Shown piece after piece: positions 53,528 through 63,659 of a DNA stretch of 64,000 nt. A program made the position numbers and the translations under genes. Position 1 is the first letter of the stretch. The number at the start of each line of letters is the position of its first letter. Below the pieces are notes generated by a model. It searched no databases and was not told where the DNA came from. It saw nothing but the letters and a program-made list of their open reading frames with translations. This DNA comes from Prochlorococcus marinus bv. HNLC1 (GTDB taxonomy: Bacteria; Cyanobacteriota; Cyanobacteriia; PCC-6307; Cyanobiaceae): contig GL947594.1 in assembly GCA_000218705.1 (NCBI GenBank), positions 1,308,002-1,372,001 of the forward strand, in the 5' to 3' direction.

Positions 53528-56500
53528 ATGACACTCAGCGATAAAATCAGAATTTATGAACTTTCCAGAGATTTAAATCTGGAAAACAAAGACATATTGG
53601 ATGCAGCCCAAAAACTTTCAATATCAGTAAAAAGCCATAGTAGTTCAATAAGTTTTGATGATGCCAAAAAAATAAAGAATCATATAAAAAATAATGTAAA
53701 TAAAAGTAAAAATATCTTATCTGTTAATAAATCTTCCTTAAACTCTAAATTACAACAGAAGCCAGCAAAAAATGGTGAAGAGATTTCGAAGAATTTTAAA
53801 ACATCTACAAATTCAAAAAATAAAAATTCAAAAACAGTTAAGCTTTCCAAACCTCTATTAACAAAGCCAACTATTTCAAAATTTACTAATAAAGATAATA
53901 TTTCTAAAAATGGACAATTAAATCCTCCTCAAATTATTTCAACATCAAAATCTCCGATTGAACAAAAAAACAGTTCTAGCGTTTCAAATAATAAGCAATA
54001 TGAGAATAAAGTTCGAGAAAGAAATAAATTAACTAATAAAAATGATCAATTTCCTAAATCTCCCAAACCACCAATTCAATTAATTGAGAAGCCTAAAAAT
54101 GTTAATAGACCTCCAACCCAAGCCACACAAGCCAATCAAAATAAAATAAATAATGCGAAATACTCTAATCCAAATCGATTTGAAAATAACTCAATAAAAA
54201 ATAATCCTAAGAGACCTAACTTATCAAGCCCTGAATTAGTTGGAGCTCCTATTAGAAGAGATAAGATACAAAATAAACAGAATGCTCCCTATAAACCAAG
54301 TTCAAATACTAAATCTAGTGGACCCATTAAAAGTAATAATATCAACAAACCAACTTATAGTAATAGAAATAATTCCTTAAATAGATCTCCGGTACAAAAT
54401 AGGTATGGTAGTCCTAACAGACCCAACAGCCCTACTAGGACTGGTAGTCAAGGGAGATCTAACTTACCTAATAGGCCAGGGACTCCTAATAGACCAGGAA
54501 TGGCTAATAGACCAAACTCTTTAAATAAAAAAGGAGAATTTAACAAATCTAATCCAAAATTTAACAGGCAAATGGGCTCAGGAGTTAGAAAACCTGTATC
54601 TCCCAATGAGCTAATGCAGCTGCAAAAAACTCGTTCTTCAAATAACGAAAAAACGAATCAAACAGATTATAAGAGACCAAAGCCTATCGTTGCTCCAAAG
54701 CAAAAACCAAAGGCACCTGCAGCAAGACCAAATTCAACTGCACCTACCAAAAAAGCTCCTCATAGAACAAGTAATACTTCAAAAAGGCCAGGAAGAACAG
54801 ATTGGGATGATTCAGCAAAACTTGAAGCTTTAAGAAATAAAAGTCCGCAAAAACAGAGACAAAAAGTACATATTATTGGAGAGAACGACGATTCTCTTAC
54901 AACAGAAACTAGTGGATTTGCTGGAGAACAAAAAACTACAATCTTATCTGCGAGTTTAGCAAGGCCAAAAAAAGCAAAGTCTGAGAATGAAAAATCACAA
55001 AAACCAAGTAATAAAATTAAAAAGAAGAAAAAAGAGAGTACAAGGCAAAGACAAAAAAGAAGAGCTATGGAATTACGTGCTTCTAGAGAAGCAAAACAAG
55101 TCAGACCTGAGATGATAATAGTCCCTGAAGATAATCTAACAGTGCAAGAACTAGCAGATAAACTAAGACTTGAAAGTTCAGAAATAATTAAATCTCTATT
55201 CTTTAAAGGTATTACTGCTACTGTTACTCAATCCTTAGATTTAACTACAATCGAAACTGTTGCTGAAGAATTCGGAGTTCCTGTTTTACAAGATGATGTC
55301 GAAGAAGCCGCAACAAAAATAGTAGATATGATTGAAAAAACTGATATAGATAGCTTAATAACAAGGCCACCTGTTGTGACAGTAATGGGTCATGTAGATC
55401 ATGGCAAAACAAGTCTTCTTGATTCAATCAGGAAGTCAAGAGTAGCCTCCGGGGAAGCAGGAGGAATTACACAACATATTGGTGCATATCAAGTCGAAGT
55501 TAACCATGAGTCTAAGACCCAAAAACTTACTTTCTTAGATACACCTGGGCATGCTGCATTTACTGCTATGCGCGCAAGAGGAACAAAAGTAACTGACATT
55601 GCAGTCTTGGTCGTCGCAGCTGATGACGGAGTAAGGCCTCAAACTCTTGAAGCAATAAGTCATGCAAGAGCTGCCAAAGTTCCAATAGTAGTTGCTATTA
55701 ACAAAATTGATAAAGAGGGATCATCACCAGATAGGGTAAAGCAAGAGTTATCTGAAAATGATTTAATAGCTGAAGATTGGGGAGGAGATACTGTAATGGT
55801 GCCAGTCAGTGCAATTAAAGGTCAGAATATTGATAAACTTCTAGAAATGATTTTACTAGTATCTGAGGTTGAGGATCTTCAAGCAAATCCTCAAAGATTA
55901 GCCAAAGGCACTGTTATAGAAGCACACCTAGATAAAGCGAAAGGTCCTGTAGCAACTTTATTAATACAAAATGGGACTTTAAGATCAGGTGATGTTCTTG
56001 CGGCAGGCTCTGTGCTTGGAAGAATTAGGGCTATGGTTGATGAACATGGTAATAGAATTAAAGAGGCAGCTCCATCATTTCCTGTAGAGGCTTTAGGTTT
56101 CAGTGAAGTGCCTACTGCTGGAGATGAATTTGAAGTATATACAGATGAGAAATCAGCAAGAATGGTTGTAGGAGAGAGAGCAACAGATGCAAGAGCGACA
56201 AAATTAGCTCAACAAATGGCCTCTAGAAGAGTAAGTTTATCTTCACTATCTAACCAAGCAAATGAAGGAGAACTTAAAGAACTTAACCTAATTTTAAAAG
56301 CAGATGTTCAAGGAAGTGTCGAAGCTATTCTAGGTTCATTAGAACAATTACCTAAAAATGAGGTTCAGGTAAGAGTACTCTTTTCTGCTCCTGGAGAAAT
56401 TACAGAAACAGATATAGACTTAGCTGCTGCCTCAGGGTCAGTAATTATTGGTTTTAATACCTCTCTTGCTTCAGGTGCTAAAAGAGCTGCTGATGCAAAT

Positions 56501-56893
56501 GATGTTGATATTAGGGAATATGAAGTAATTTATAAATTATTAGAAGATATTCAGTCTGCTATGGAGGGGCTATTAGAGCCTGATTTAGTTGAGGAGGCAC
56601 TAGGAGAAGCTCAAGTTAGAGCTACTTTTGCTGTTGGCAAAGGATCTATCGCAGGATGTTATGTAAATACTGGAAAATTACAAAGGAATTGCTCATTGCG
56701 TGTCCGCAGAGCTGGTCAAATTATTTACGAGGGCAATTTAGATTCTTTAAAAAGGTCTAAAGATGATGTAAAAGATGTAAATACTGGTTTTGAATGTGGT
56801 ATTGGTTGTGATAAGTTTTCAAATTGGAATGAAGGAGATATTATTGAGGCTTATAAATTAGTAACTAAGAAAAGAACTTTGAGTAAAAACTAG
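53528..56893 (+). CDS. infB: Translation initiation factor IF-2
   Basis: [26 protein letters not shown]. Confidence 0.99.
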   Translation: MTLSDKIRIYELSRDLNLENKDILDAAQKLSISVKSHSSSISFDDAKKIKNHIKNNVNKSKNILSVNKSSLNSKLQQKPAKNGEEISKNFKTSTNSKNKNSKTVKLSKPLLTKPTISKFTNKDNISKNGQLNPPQIISTSKSPIEQKNSSSVSNNKQYENKVRERNKLTNKNDQFPKSPKPPIQLIEKPKNVNRPPTQATQANQNKINNAKYSNPNRFENNSIKNNPKRPNLSSPELVGAPIRRDKIQNKQNAPYKPSSNTKSSGPIKSNNINKPTYSNRNNSLNRSPVQNRYGSPNRPNSPTRTGSQGRSNLPNRPGTPNRPGMANRPNSLNKKGEFNKSNPKFNRQMGSGVRKPVSPNELMQLQKTRSSNNEKTNQTDYKRPKPIVAPKQKPKAPAARPNSTAPTKKAPHRTSNTSKRPGRTDWDDSAKLEALRNKSPQKQRQKVHIIGENDDSLTTETSGFAGEQKTTILSASLARPKKAKSENEKSQKPSNKIKKKKKESTRQRQKRRAMELRASREAKQVRPEMIIVPEDNLTVQELADKLRLESSEIIKSLFFKGITATVTQSLDLTTIETVAEEFGVPVLQDDVEEAATKIVDMIEKTDIDSLITRPPVVTVMGHVDHGKTSLLDSIRKSRVASGEAGGITQHIGAYQVEVNHESKTQKLTFLDTPGHAAFTAMRARGTKVTDIAVLVVAADDGVRPQTLEAISHARAAKVPIVVAINKIDKEGSSPDRVKQELSENDLIAEDWGGDTVMVPVSAIKGQNIDKLLEMILLVSEVEDLQANPQRLAKGTVIEAHLDKAKGPVATLLIQNGTLRSGDVLAAGSVLGRIRAMVDEHGNRIKEAAPSFPVEALGFSEVPTAGDEFEVYTDEKSARMVVGERATDARATKLAQQMASRRVSLSSLSNQANEGELKELNLILKADVQGSVEAILGSLEQLPKNEVQVRVLFSAPGEITETDIDLAAASGSVIIGFNTSLASGAKRAADANDVDIREYEVIYKLLEDIQSAMEGLLEPDLVEEALGEAQVRATFAVGKGSIAGCYVNTGKLQRNCSLRVRRAGQIIYEGNLDSLKRSKDDVKDVNTGFECGIGCDKFSNWNEGDIIEAYKLVTKKRTLSKN
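54356..54553 (+). repeat. Eleven degenerate 18-bp (hexapeptide) units in the IF-2 N-terminal region
   Basis: [66 protein letters not shown]; R/K at position 4 of every unit. Confidence 0.8.
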
Positions 56894-57129
56894 TTTTTAT
56901 CCCTTTCGAAATAAAATAAAGTTGGAAATAAAATTGATGCCCCTATTTGGATTAATAAATTATTTTGTTGTATTTCATTTCCACCAATCATTTGGGAAAA
57001 CATTATAAACAAACCTAAAAAAGCAGAACCAGAACAAGCTGCCCATATCAATCTTCTTAAACCTTTAAATGGAGCTTTTGTTTCTCTAAGTAATTTCTTC
57101 TTCAATTCAGGATCAATTTTTGACATCAA
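56890..57129 (-). CDS. DUF3493 family small membrane protein
   Basis: [14 protein letters not shown] followed by two TM segments. Confidence 0.8.
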   Translation of the reverse strand: MMSKIDPELKKKLLRETKAPFKGLRRLIWAACSGSAFLGLFIMFSQMIGGNEIQQNNLLIQIGASILFPTLFYFERDKN

Positions 57130-57179
57130 TGATTTAAAACATAAACTTTAGTTTATATTAAAAAAACTATTTGAACATT

Positions 57180-57251
57180 GTCGATATAGCTCAGTGGTAG
57201 AGCAACTGTTTCGTAAACAGTAGGTCATTGGTTCGAATCCGATTATCGGCA
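57180..57251 (+). tRNA. tRNA-Thr(CGT), CCA not encoded
   Basis: Cloverleaf: acceptor GTCGATA/TATCGGC, D arm GCTC/GAGC, anticodon stem ACTGT/ACAGT with loop TTCGTAA, T loop TTCGAAT. Confidence 0.96.
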
Positions 57252-57273
57252 TTTTTTATTTAAAAATATATTT

Positions 57274-58824
57274 ATGAATGCAAAACTTATAAATTCAATT
57301 TACAAAACAATAATATTTTTTCCTTTATTATTGTATTTTGGCAAAAGAAGTTACATCGCTTATGACGAAGGTTTTTATGCTCTTCAGGCTAAATGGATGC
57401 TACAAAATAATAATTGGGTTGTCCCAGTTTGGTGGGATCAATTTGTATTAGATAGAACAGTAGGGATTCAATTTTTAATTGCGAAATGTCAACAAATATT
57501 TGGAGAAACTTCTTTTGTAGCACATTTGCCATCTACCATTGCTTCAATTTTGATGCTATTTCTTACTTATAAATTGCATCAAGAATTAATTGGCAGAAAA
57601 GATGCAATATTTTCTGCCTTAATTCTTGCAACTACTTATATCTGGCTAGATTTCGCTCACTTAGCTACACAAGATATGATTTTTGCTTGTCTTGTTACAT
57701 CAGGTATTTATTCCTTAGTGAAATTAAGAGAAGAAAAAAAATCCTTGTACTTACTAATATTCGGTAGCTGGATAGGTTTAGCTTTTTTCATGAAAACATT
57801 TCTTATCGCAATCCCTTTAATAACACTTTTACCTTATTTGATTTATAAAAGACAAATAATAAATACAAAATTCTTTTGGTTGGGTATATTTATTGGCTTC
57901 TTACCCTTTTTGATATGGTCATATCAGATCAATCCATATCTAGATAAGAATATTATTTTCTTTTTAATTGATAAAGTGAATACTCTTTCTGTTAATAATA
58001 CTTTCACGAATCCCTTCTACTATTATATTTGGAATATTCCAGTTAATTTCTTACCTTGGAGTATTTTCTCCTTCATTGGATTAATATATCAATTCAAAAA
58101 TACTAAACAAATAAATTATTTATTAAAATATTTCCCAATATCATATATATTTGTTTTAAGTATATTCTCAACAAAAACACCTTATTATTCTTTACCAATT
58201 GCTTCAATACTTTCAATAAATGCATATTTAGGATTAAAAGAAACTTTAAAAATATATCATTTAAGACTTTTATTTTTTAAATTAACATCAAAAATTATTC
58301 CGGTTTTTATTTTTTCTACGATAACTATTTACTTTTTAATACTGAAGAAATCGATTAATTTACATTTAAAAGAAGAAGTATTACTTATTACAGGATTTTT
58401 CATTTCTGCGTTGGTATTAATCACTATCAAAAATGCAAAAGAATTTAGATCTATTTTTTTAACATTTTTGGTATGTCCTTATTTAATTGGATCATGCATG
58501 GTGCAATCAGGATTATTAACAGATAGATCAAGAAATCTGCGCGAAACCATAGAAAATATTTCGGCCAAAGAAGGACTGCATAATCACTCAATAAATGTTA
58601 TTAGCGATAATCTAAACACTGCTAATTCTAATTCAAAGTTAATAAAAATTTTACTAATGACTCCAAACTTAGGTAGAGATTTAAAAAACTTAAATGAACT
58701 CAAACCAAATGAATATGCTTGGATGATAGAATCAAATATTACGACTAATAAAAGTGAGAATTACCAAATTATTGCTAGAGATAAAAACCTTAATCCATGG
58801 ACTCTTATAAAGAAAAAGATATAA
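57274..58824 (+). CDS. ArnT/PMT-like GT-C glycosyltransferase (family 39)
   Basis: YDEGFYA luminal motif, DMIF, GLAFFMK, many TM helices, STKTPYY. Confidence 0.85.
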   Translation: MNAKLINSIYKTIIFFPLLLYFGKRSYIAYDEGFYALQAKWMLQNNNWVVPVWWDQFVLDRTVGIQFLIAKCQQIFGETSFVAHLPSTIASILMLFLTYKLHQELIGRKDAIFSALILATTYIWLDFAHLATQDMIFACLVTSGIYSLVKLREEKKSLYLLIFGSWIGLAFFMKTFLIAIPLITLLPYLIYKRQIINTKFFWLGIFIGFLPFLIWSYQINPYLDKNIIFFLIDKVNTLSVNNTFTNPFYYYIWNIPVNFLPWSIFSFIGLIYQFKNTKQINYLLKYFPISYIFVLSIFSTKTPYYSLPIASILSINAYLGLKETLKIYHLRLLFFKLTSKIIPVFIFSTITIYFLILKKSINLHLKEEVLLITGFFISALVLITIKNAKEFRSIFLTFLVCPYLIGSCMVQSGLLTDRSRNLRETIENISAKEGLHNHSINVISDNLNTANSNSKLIKILLMTPNLGRDLKNLNELKPNEYAWMIESNITTNKSENYQIIARDKNLNPWTLIKKKI

Positions 58825-58836
58825 GATGTTATTCTT

Positions 58837-59940
58837 TTGTATAAAAAAATGAAAGCAATAGAGACCTGGAACCTTTCCCATAATGAACTACATGAAAGTT
58901 TTCAAAAAAACTGCGAATTTCTAAAATTTAGGGTGAGAGGCAATACTTGGGAACCCATTACAAGATGGTTAAAATTAGATTCTAGAATCTTTAGAGATAC
59001 GACAAATAAAGCAAGAATTACTCTATGTGATATTGAGTCTCTTGGTGAAATTTATAATTACAGGTCTATTCGCTGGAGAGCAAAAAAAATTACACCTATC
59101 ACTATAAATTTCGTCAATAAGTCAATCAAAAATATCCTACGAAAATTACCAATATTAAAAGATCTAGCTTTTGAATTAGAAATAACTTTGTATAAAGATA
59201 CTTCTACTCATGATGAAAAGTTTATATCCATAGTTATACCAGCAAGGAATGAAGAGGGTAATAGAGAACTTTTAATTTATGCCTTAAATAAATTAAAACA
59301 AATTACGCAAAAAAAGGAAATAATTTTTGTTGAAGGTAATAGTAAAGATAATACTTACACGATGCTTAAAAATTTAAAGAAAGACTTTTCAAATGATTTT
59401 AAAATTATGCTTCTAAAGCAGACTTCTAAAGGTAAGAAAAATGCTGTAGTTGAGGGATTTAATATGTCTTCAGGAGATACCTTAGCAATTATAGACAGTG
59501 ATTTAACAGTTGATATAGACGATAGTATCAATGCTATTATTCAGGCCTCAAGGAATGAAAATATTCTAATTAATTGCTCAAGAACTATATTTCCTATGGA
59601 AAAAGATGCTATGAGGTGGGCTAATTATATAGGTAATAGATGTTTTGCTATTTTATTATCAATTATTATTAATAATCCTGTTTCAGATTCTCTATGTGGA
59701 ACAAAAGTTTTTTCAAGAAAGTTTTTTAATTTCATGAAAGATAATGGGAGCTGGGAATCGAGAATTGATCCTTTTGGTGATTTCACAATAATCTTCGAAG
59801 CAGCCAAAAATGACATTAGAATATTAAATTATCCAGTCAGATATTATGCCCGGAAATCAGGGGCACCAAATATATCAAGATGGATAGATGGTTTAAAATT
59901 GCTGAAAGTATGTTGGTTTTATTTGATATCAGATATTTAA
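58837..59940 (+). CDS. GT2 glycosyltransferase (polyprenol-phosphate sugar synthase-like) with ~128-aa N-terminal extension
   Basis: ISIVIPARNEEGN, GKKNAV..GF, DSD motif, DSLCGTK, DPFGDF, PVRYYAR. Confidence 0.85.
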   Translation: MYKKMKAIETWNLSHNELHESFQKNCEFLKFRVRGNTWEPITRWLKLDSRIFRDTTNKARITLCDIESLGEIYNYRSIRWRAKKITPITINFVNKSIKNILRKLPILKDLAFELEITLYKDTSTHDEKFISIVIPARNEEGNRELLIYALNKLKQITQKKEIIFVEGNSKDNTYTMLKNLKKDFSNDFKIMLLKQTSKGKKNAVVEGFNMSSGDTLAIIDSDLTVDIDDSINAIIQASRNENILINCSRTIFPMEKDAMRWANYIGNRCFAILLSIIINNPVSDSLCGTKVFSRKFFNFMKDNGSWESRIDPFGDFTIIFEAAKNDIRILNYPVRYYARKSGAPNISRWIDGLKLLKVCWFYLISDI

Positions 59941-60263
59941 TAATTAATTTTTGAATTAATTAATTAAAAATTCTATAAATTTTTCTTTAATTAATACAAA
60001 CAAAGTAATAAAATACTTAATGATCTTAATTAATCTGTTATGTCCACTAAATTATTTATGCAAATTAAATAATTTCAAATAAGAAAAAAGTTTAGTAAAG
60101 TCTTAGTAATAATAGATTTTCTCAAAGCGTCAGTAATAGATGAGTAAGAAATTCTAAAATCTAAAGCAACTTTAAATGTTTTTTAGAGCAGTAACTTCAA
60201 AAATGAATCAAAGATACTGCATATTCAACTAACAGAAAAATTTCAGCAGACAACCAACACATT

Positions 60264-61193
60264 ATGAATCAAAACTACATTATTTTAATTATTTTAATTA
60301 TTAGCTTCTTTATCATTTTATGGATTGCTAAGAATAGAAAATTTGAAACTACTGACTCAGTTTCTGATGCTTATGATACTTGGACAAATGATAGAATCTT
60401 AGAAAAATTATGGGGTGAACATATTCACTTAGGTTACTATCACAACCAAAAAAAATTAGGAGATTTTAGGGAAGCCAAAGCTACATTTGTTCATGAATTA
60501 GTTAAATGGAGTGGTTTAGATAAATTGCCAAAAGGTTCAAGAGTTTTAGATGTTGGATGTGGAATTGGAGGTAGTTCAAGGATTCTTGCAGAACATTATG
60601 GTTTTAATGTCATTGGAATAACAATAAGTGCCGAACAAGTGAAGAGAGCAAGAGAGCTTACAAAATCAAGTTTAAATTGTACTTTTCAGCAAATGGATGC
60701 TATGAATTTGAAATTTGAAGATGGAGAATTTGATGGTATTTGGAGTGTTGAAGCAGGCCCTCATATGCCAGACAAACAAAAATATGCTGATGAAATGTTA
60801 CGAGTACTAAGACCAGGTGGCTATTTAGCGGTAGCAGATTGGAACTCTAGAGACTTAACCCTAAAAGCTCCTAATATTATTGAGAAAATGGTTTTAAAGC
60901 AATTACTAGAACAATGGGCTCATCCAAGCTTTAGTAGTATCAATAGCTTTCAAAGAAATCTTTCAAATAGTTCTTTTGTAGGAAGTCAAGTTGAAACAGA
61001 TGATTGGACAAAAGAAACATTACCATCTTGGTGGGAATCTATTTTTGAAGGTGCTAGAAGACCAAAAATATTTTTATCACTAGGTTTATCTTCATTATTT
61101 AAATCTTTTAGAGAAATACCAACTATTCTTCTAATGAATTGGGCTTTTGGTAATGGTCTGATGCAATTTGGTGTATTTAGATGCAGAGGTTAA
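60264..61193 (+). CDS. SAM-dependent methyltransferase, MPBQ/MSBQ (Sll0418/gamma-TMT-like) family, N-terminal membrane anchor
   Basis: LWGEHIHLGYY, VLDVGCGIGGSSR, WSVEAGPHMPDK, LRPGG..ADWN. Confidence 0.85.
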   Translation: MNQNYIILIILIISFFIILWIAKNRKFETTDSVSDAYDTWTNDRILEKLWGEHIHLGYYHNQKKLGDFREAKATFVHELVKWSGLDKLPKGSRVLDVGCGIGGSSRILAEHYGFNVIGITISAEQVKRARELTKSSLNCTFQQMDAMNLKFEDGEFDGIWSVEAGPHMPDKQKYADEMLRVLRPGGYLAVADWNSRDLTLKAPNIIEKMVLKQLLEQWAHPSFSSINSFQRNLSNSSFVGSQVETDDWTKETLPSWWESIFEGARRPKIFLSLGLSSLFKSFREIPTILLMNWAFGNGLMQFGVFRCRG

Positions 61194-61313
61194 ATTTAAA
61201 AAATTTTCTAAAATTATTTTTTGTTTATTAACTTAAACTCAAATTATCAATTGATATTATTATTCTGCTAATCTTTAATCTTTAAAATTCATTTTCAACA
61301 AAGGTTTATACTC

Positions 61314-62470
61314 TTGATTAAAAAAAATATTAAAGTTATAGGATCAGGACCAACTGGATCACTCTTAGCCCTATCTTTAGCATTGAACAAATGCAATGTA
61401 ACTCTAATTGAACCACTATCAGATTCAGAATTATTAGAGAAAGATAAGGGTTATGCTGTCACACAATGTACAAGAAAAATATTTGAAGAATTAGGTTTAT
61501 GGAATAATATCCAAAAGTCTTCTTTTGGATTTACTTCTTTATCAATTATCGATGATGTCATATCACAATCGGTATTAGTTAGAAATAAAGACTTAAAGAG
61601 ACTTAATAATGACCAAAGGATATTGGATGGGTTGTAGAGCATAAACTTCTTATGAAATTATTGATTAATAAAATCAATAATAATGAATTTATTAAGAAAT
61701 TAAATTATGATTCGACTAATGATGCAGATTTTGATTTTATTTTAGCCTCTGATGGAAGAGAATCTTCCACTAGAAAAAAATGGCAAATTAAATACTTTAA
61801 AAGTTTGTATAAACAAAAATGTATTTCTTTTAAAGCTCTTTTAAACGGTTCACCGCCTAAAAGAGCTTATGAAATCTTTAAGAGTCAAGGTCCTCTAGCA
61901 CTATTACCTCTCTCTAATAATATTTATCAAATTATTTGGTTTTCATCAGAATCAGATACAAAATCAAAACTTGAAATAACGCATACGAAATTATTAGAGA
62001 AATTAAGAGATGAATTACCTGATAATATAATTCCTGAAAAATTAATAGGTAATATTTCTACTTTTTCCTTAGCCAAGGCATTTGCTTTACCAAACTTAAA
62101 AAACTTTAAAAATATTTTGGTTGGTGACTCAGCACATTCATTCCATCCCGTTGGAGGGCAAGGTCTAAATTCTTGTATTAGAGATGTTTATGAACTAAGT
62201 CTAATGATCAATAATTACGAAAATTTATCAAACATAAATCGTAAGTTTTTCTCATTAAAATATTTCCTCAATCGCTTTGTGGATATTATTTCCTTAATTC
62301 TTTTCACAGACTTTTTGGTCACTTTTTTTTCAAATAAATTAATTATTCTATATCCATTCAGATATATAATTTTTTTTGTAATGAAAAAAGTTCCATTTAT
62401 AAGAATTCATATTTTTTCAGTAATGACAGATTCTATTAAAAAATATAATTTTAAGAATAATCTTGGTTAA
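61314..62470 (+). CDS. ubiH: UbiH/UbiF/Coq6-family FAD hydroxylase; one base missing in A3 run at 61615-61617
   Basis: GSGPTG FAD motif, ASDG..S..R, GPLALLP, GDSAHSFHPVGGQGLN; halves join as DQK-DIGWVVEH. Confidence 0.82.
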
Positions 62471-62472
62471 TC

Positions 62473-63309
62473 CTAACCCAATTTAGAAGAATTTTTTAAA
62501 GTTTTAATTTGGTAAATATTTAATATCAATAAAGTAAATATACCAATTAATCCACTAACCGGATTAATAAAGTTATCGTATTGATTACCATAAATTAAAA
62601 CAGGATAATTTCCTTGGATGTGAAAAATAGATTTCGCTAAAAAAATATAACCAACAATACCCCCATGAAAGGCGATAGAAGGAAATATATTCGGATAGTT
62701 GTTAATTCTTAAAAGATTTAAATAATTACCTAACAAAAATAAACCAATTTTGATCAAAATATTTATTGTAAAACTTTCATCAAAATTATAAGGATGCACC
62801 ATTGAAAATAAAATAGATTGAAGAAAAATAGCTTTATTTGTACTTAAAAATAGCTTTAATTCTTCAAAAAGCCAAACTCTAAAAAGTAATTCTTCTGCTA
62901 AACCTACAAAAATTGAAGTAAATAAAATATCAAATAAAAGGGTATAGTTAATACCACTTTTAAATCTTATAAATTTTCCAAATATCAATAATAAACTCCA
63001 AAATAAAATTATCAAAAAAGACTTACATAATTCTTTTTTAAAACTGTGATTAAATAGACTGTCTGCAAATTGAGTAAATCCTAAACTCTTCCATATATTT
63101 TTTTGATTCCATCTTTTCATCGCCCATATTTTTAAGAAAAAAACAAATAAAATAAATATGAAAATATATTCTTTACCAATTAAGAATGGGAATAAAGATG
63201 AAAAAAATAAAACAGGTAAAATTCCTAAAGTATAAATTATTCCAGCGAATAAAATAGGTGTAATTAAATATCTAAATAATAGATTTAATTGAAAATTTTT
63301 CTTTTTAAT
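62473..63309 (-). CDS. CPBP (Abi/CAAX) intramembrane protease; first ATG at 63120 but frame open upstream, probable ATT start at 63309
   Basis: GLAEELLFR, FSMVH, FHGG motifs; stop-free hydrophobic extension up to clpS. Confidence 0.82.
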   Translation of the reverse strand: MKKKNFQLNLLFRYLITPILFAGIIYTLGILPVLFFSSLFPFLIGKEYIFIFILFVFFLKIWAMKRWNQKNIWKSLGFTQFADSLFNHSFKKELCKSFLIILFWSLLLIFGKFIRFKSGINYTLLFDILFTSIFVGLAEELLFRVWLFEELKLFLSTNKAIFLQSILFSMVHPYNFDESFTINILIKIGLFLLGNYLNLLRINNYPNIFPSIAFHGGIVGYIFLAKSIFHIQGNYPVLIYGNQYDNFINPVSGLIGIFTLLILNIYQIKTLKNSSKLG

Positions 63310-63310
63310 A

Positions 63311-63628
63311 TTAATCCTCTTTTTCTATTGAACTAGTTAAACCCTTAGATTTTAATGATTCTGAATAAAATTCAGCGGGTTCTAAATCACAAACTATTAC
63401 CAATCCCACCCCCGAATTATGAGCTTCTAACATAATTGCAATTGCATCTTGTTCACTTAATTGGGGAACAACTTCTCTAAGAGTCGTTGTAACATATTCC
63501 ATGGAATTTACTGGATCATTATGAAGAAGAACTTTATATTTTGGTGACTTAATTTTTAATTCTGATGGTTTTTGATCAAGAAGAGTCGCCCCACTATTTC
63601 CACCACTTTCTGAATTGTTAAACTTCAT
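63311..63628 (-). CDS. clpS: ATP-dependent Clp protease adaptor ClpS
   Basis: YKVLLHNDPVNSMEYV, MLEAHNSG. Confidence 0.96.
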   Translation of the reverse strand: MKFNNSESGGNSGATLLDQKPSELKIKSPKYKVLLHNDPVNSMEYVTTTLREVVPQLSEQDAIAIMLEAHNSGVGLVIVCDLEPAEFYSESLKSKGLTSSIEKED

Positions 63629-63659
63629 CTAATTTAAAATCTCATTCAATATTTAAATA

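Noticed and set aside
59941-60263. AT-rich spacer with a near-palindrome (about 59945-59971) and short broken frames
   Set aside because: Inverted repeats are expected by chance in almost pure A/T sequence; no ORF over about 35 codons with a start; no support for a terminator or ncRNA call
57230-62473. Integrative element or prophage at tRNA-Thr
   Set aside because: No integrase or transposase, and I found no duplicated tRNA 3' end (attR) in the gaps at 59941-60263 or 61194-61313
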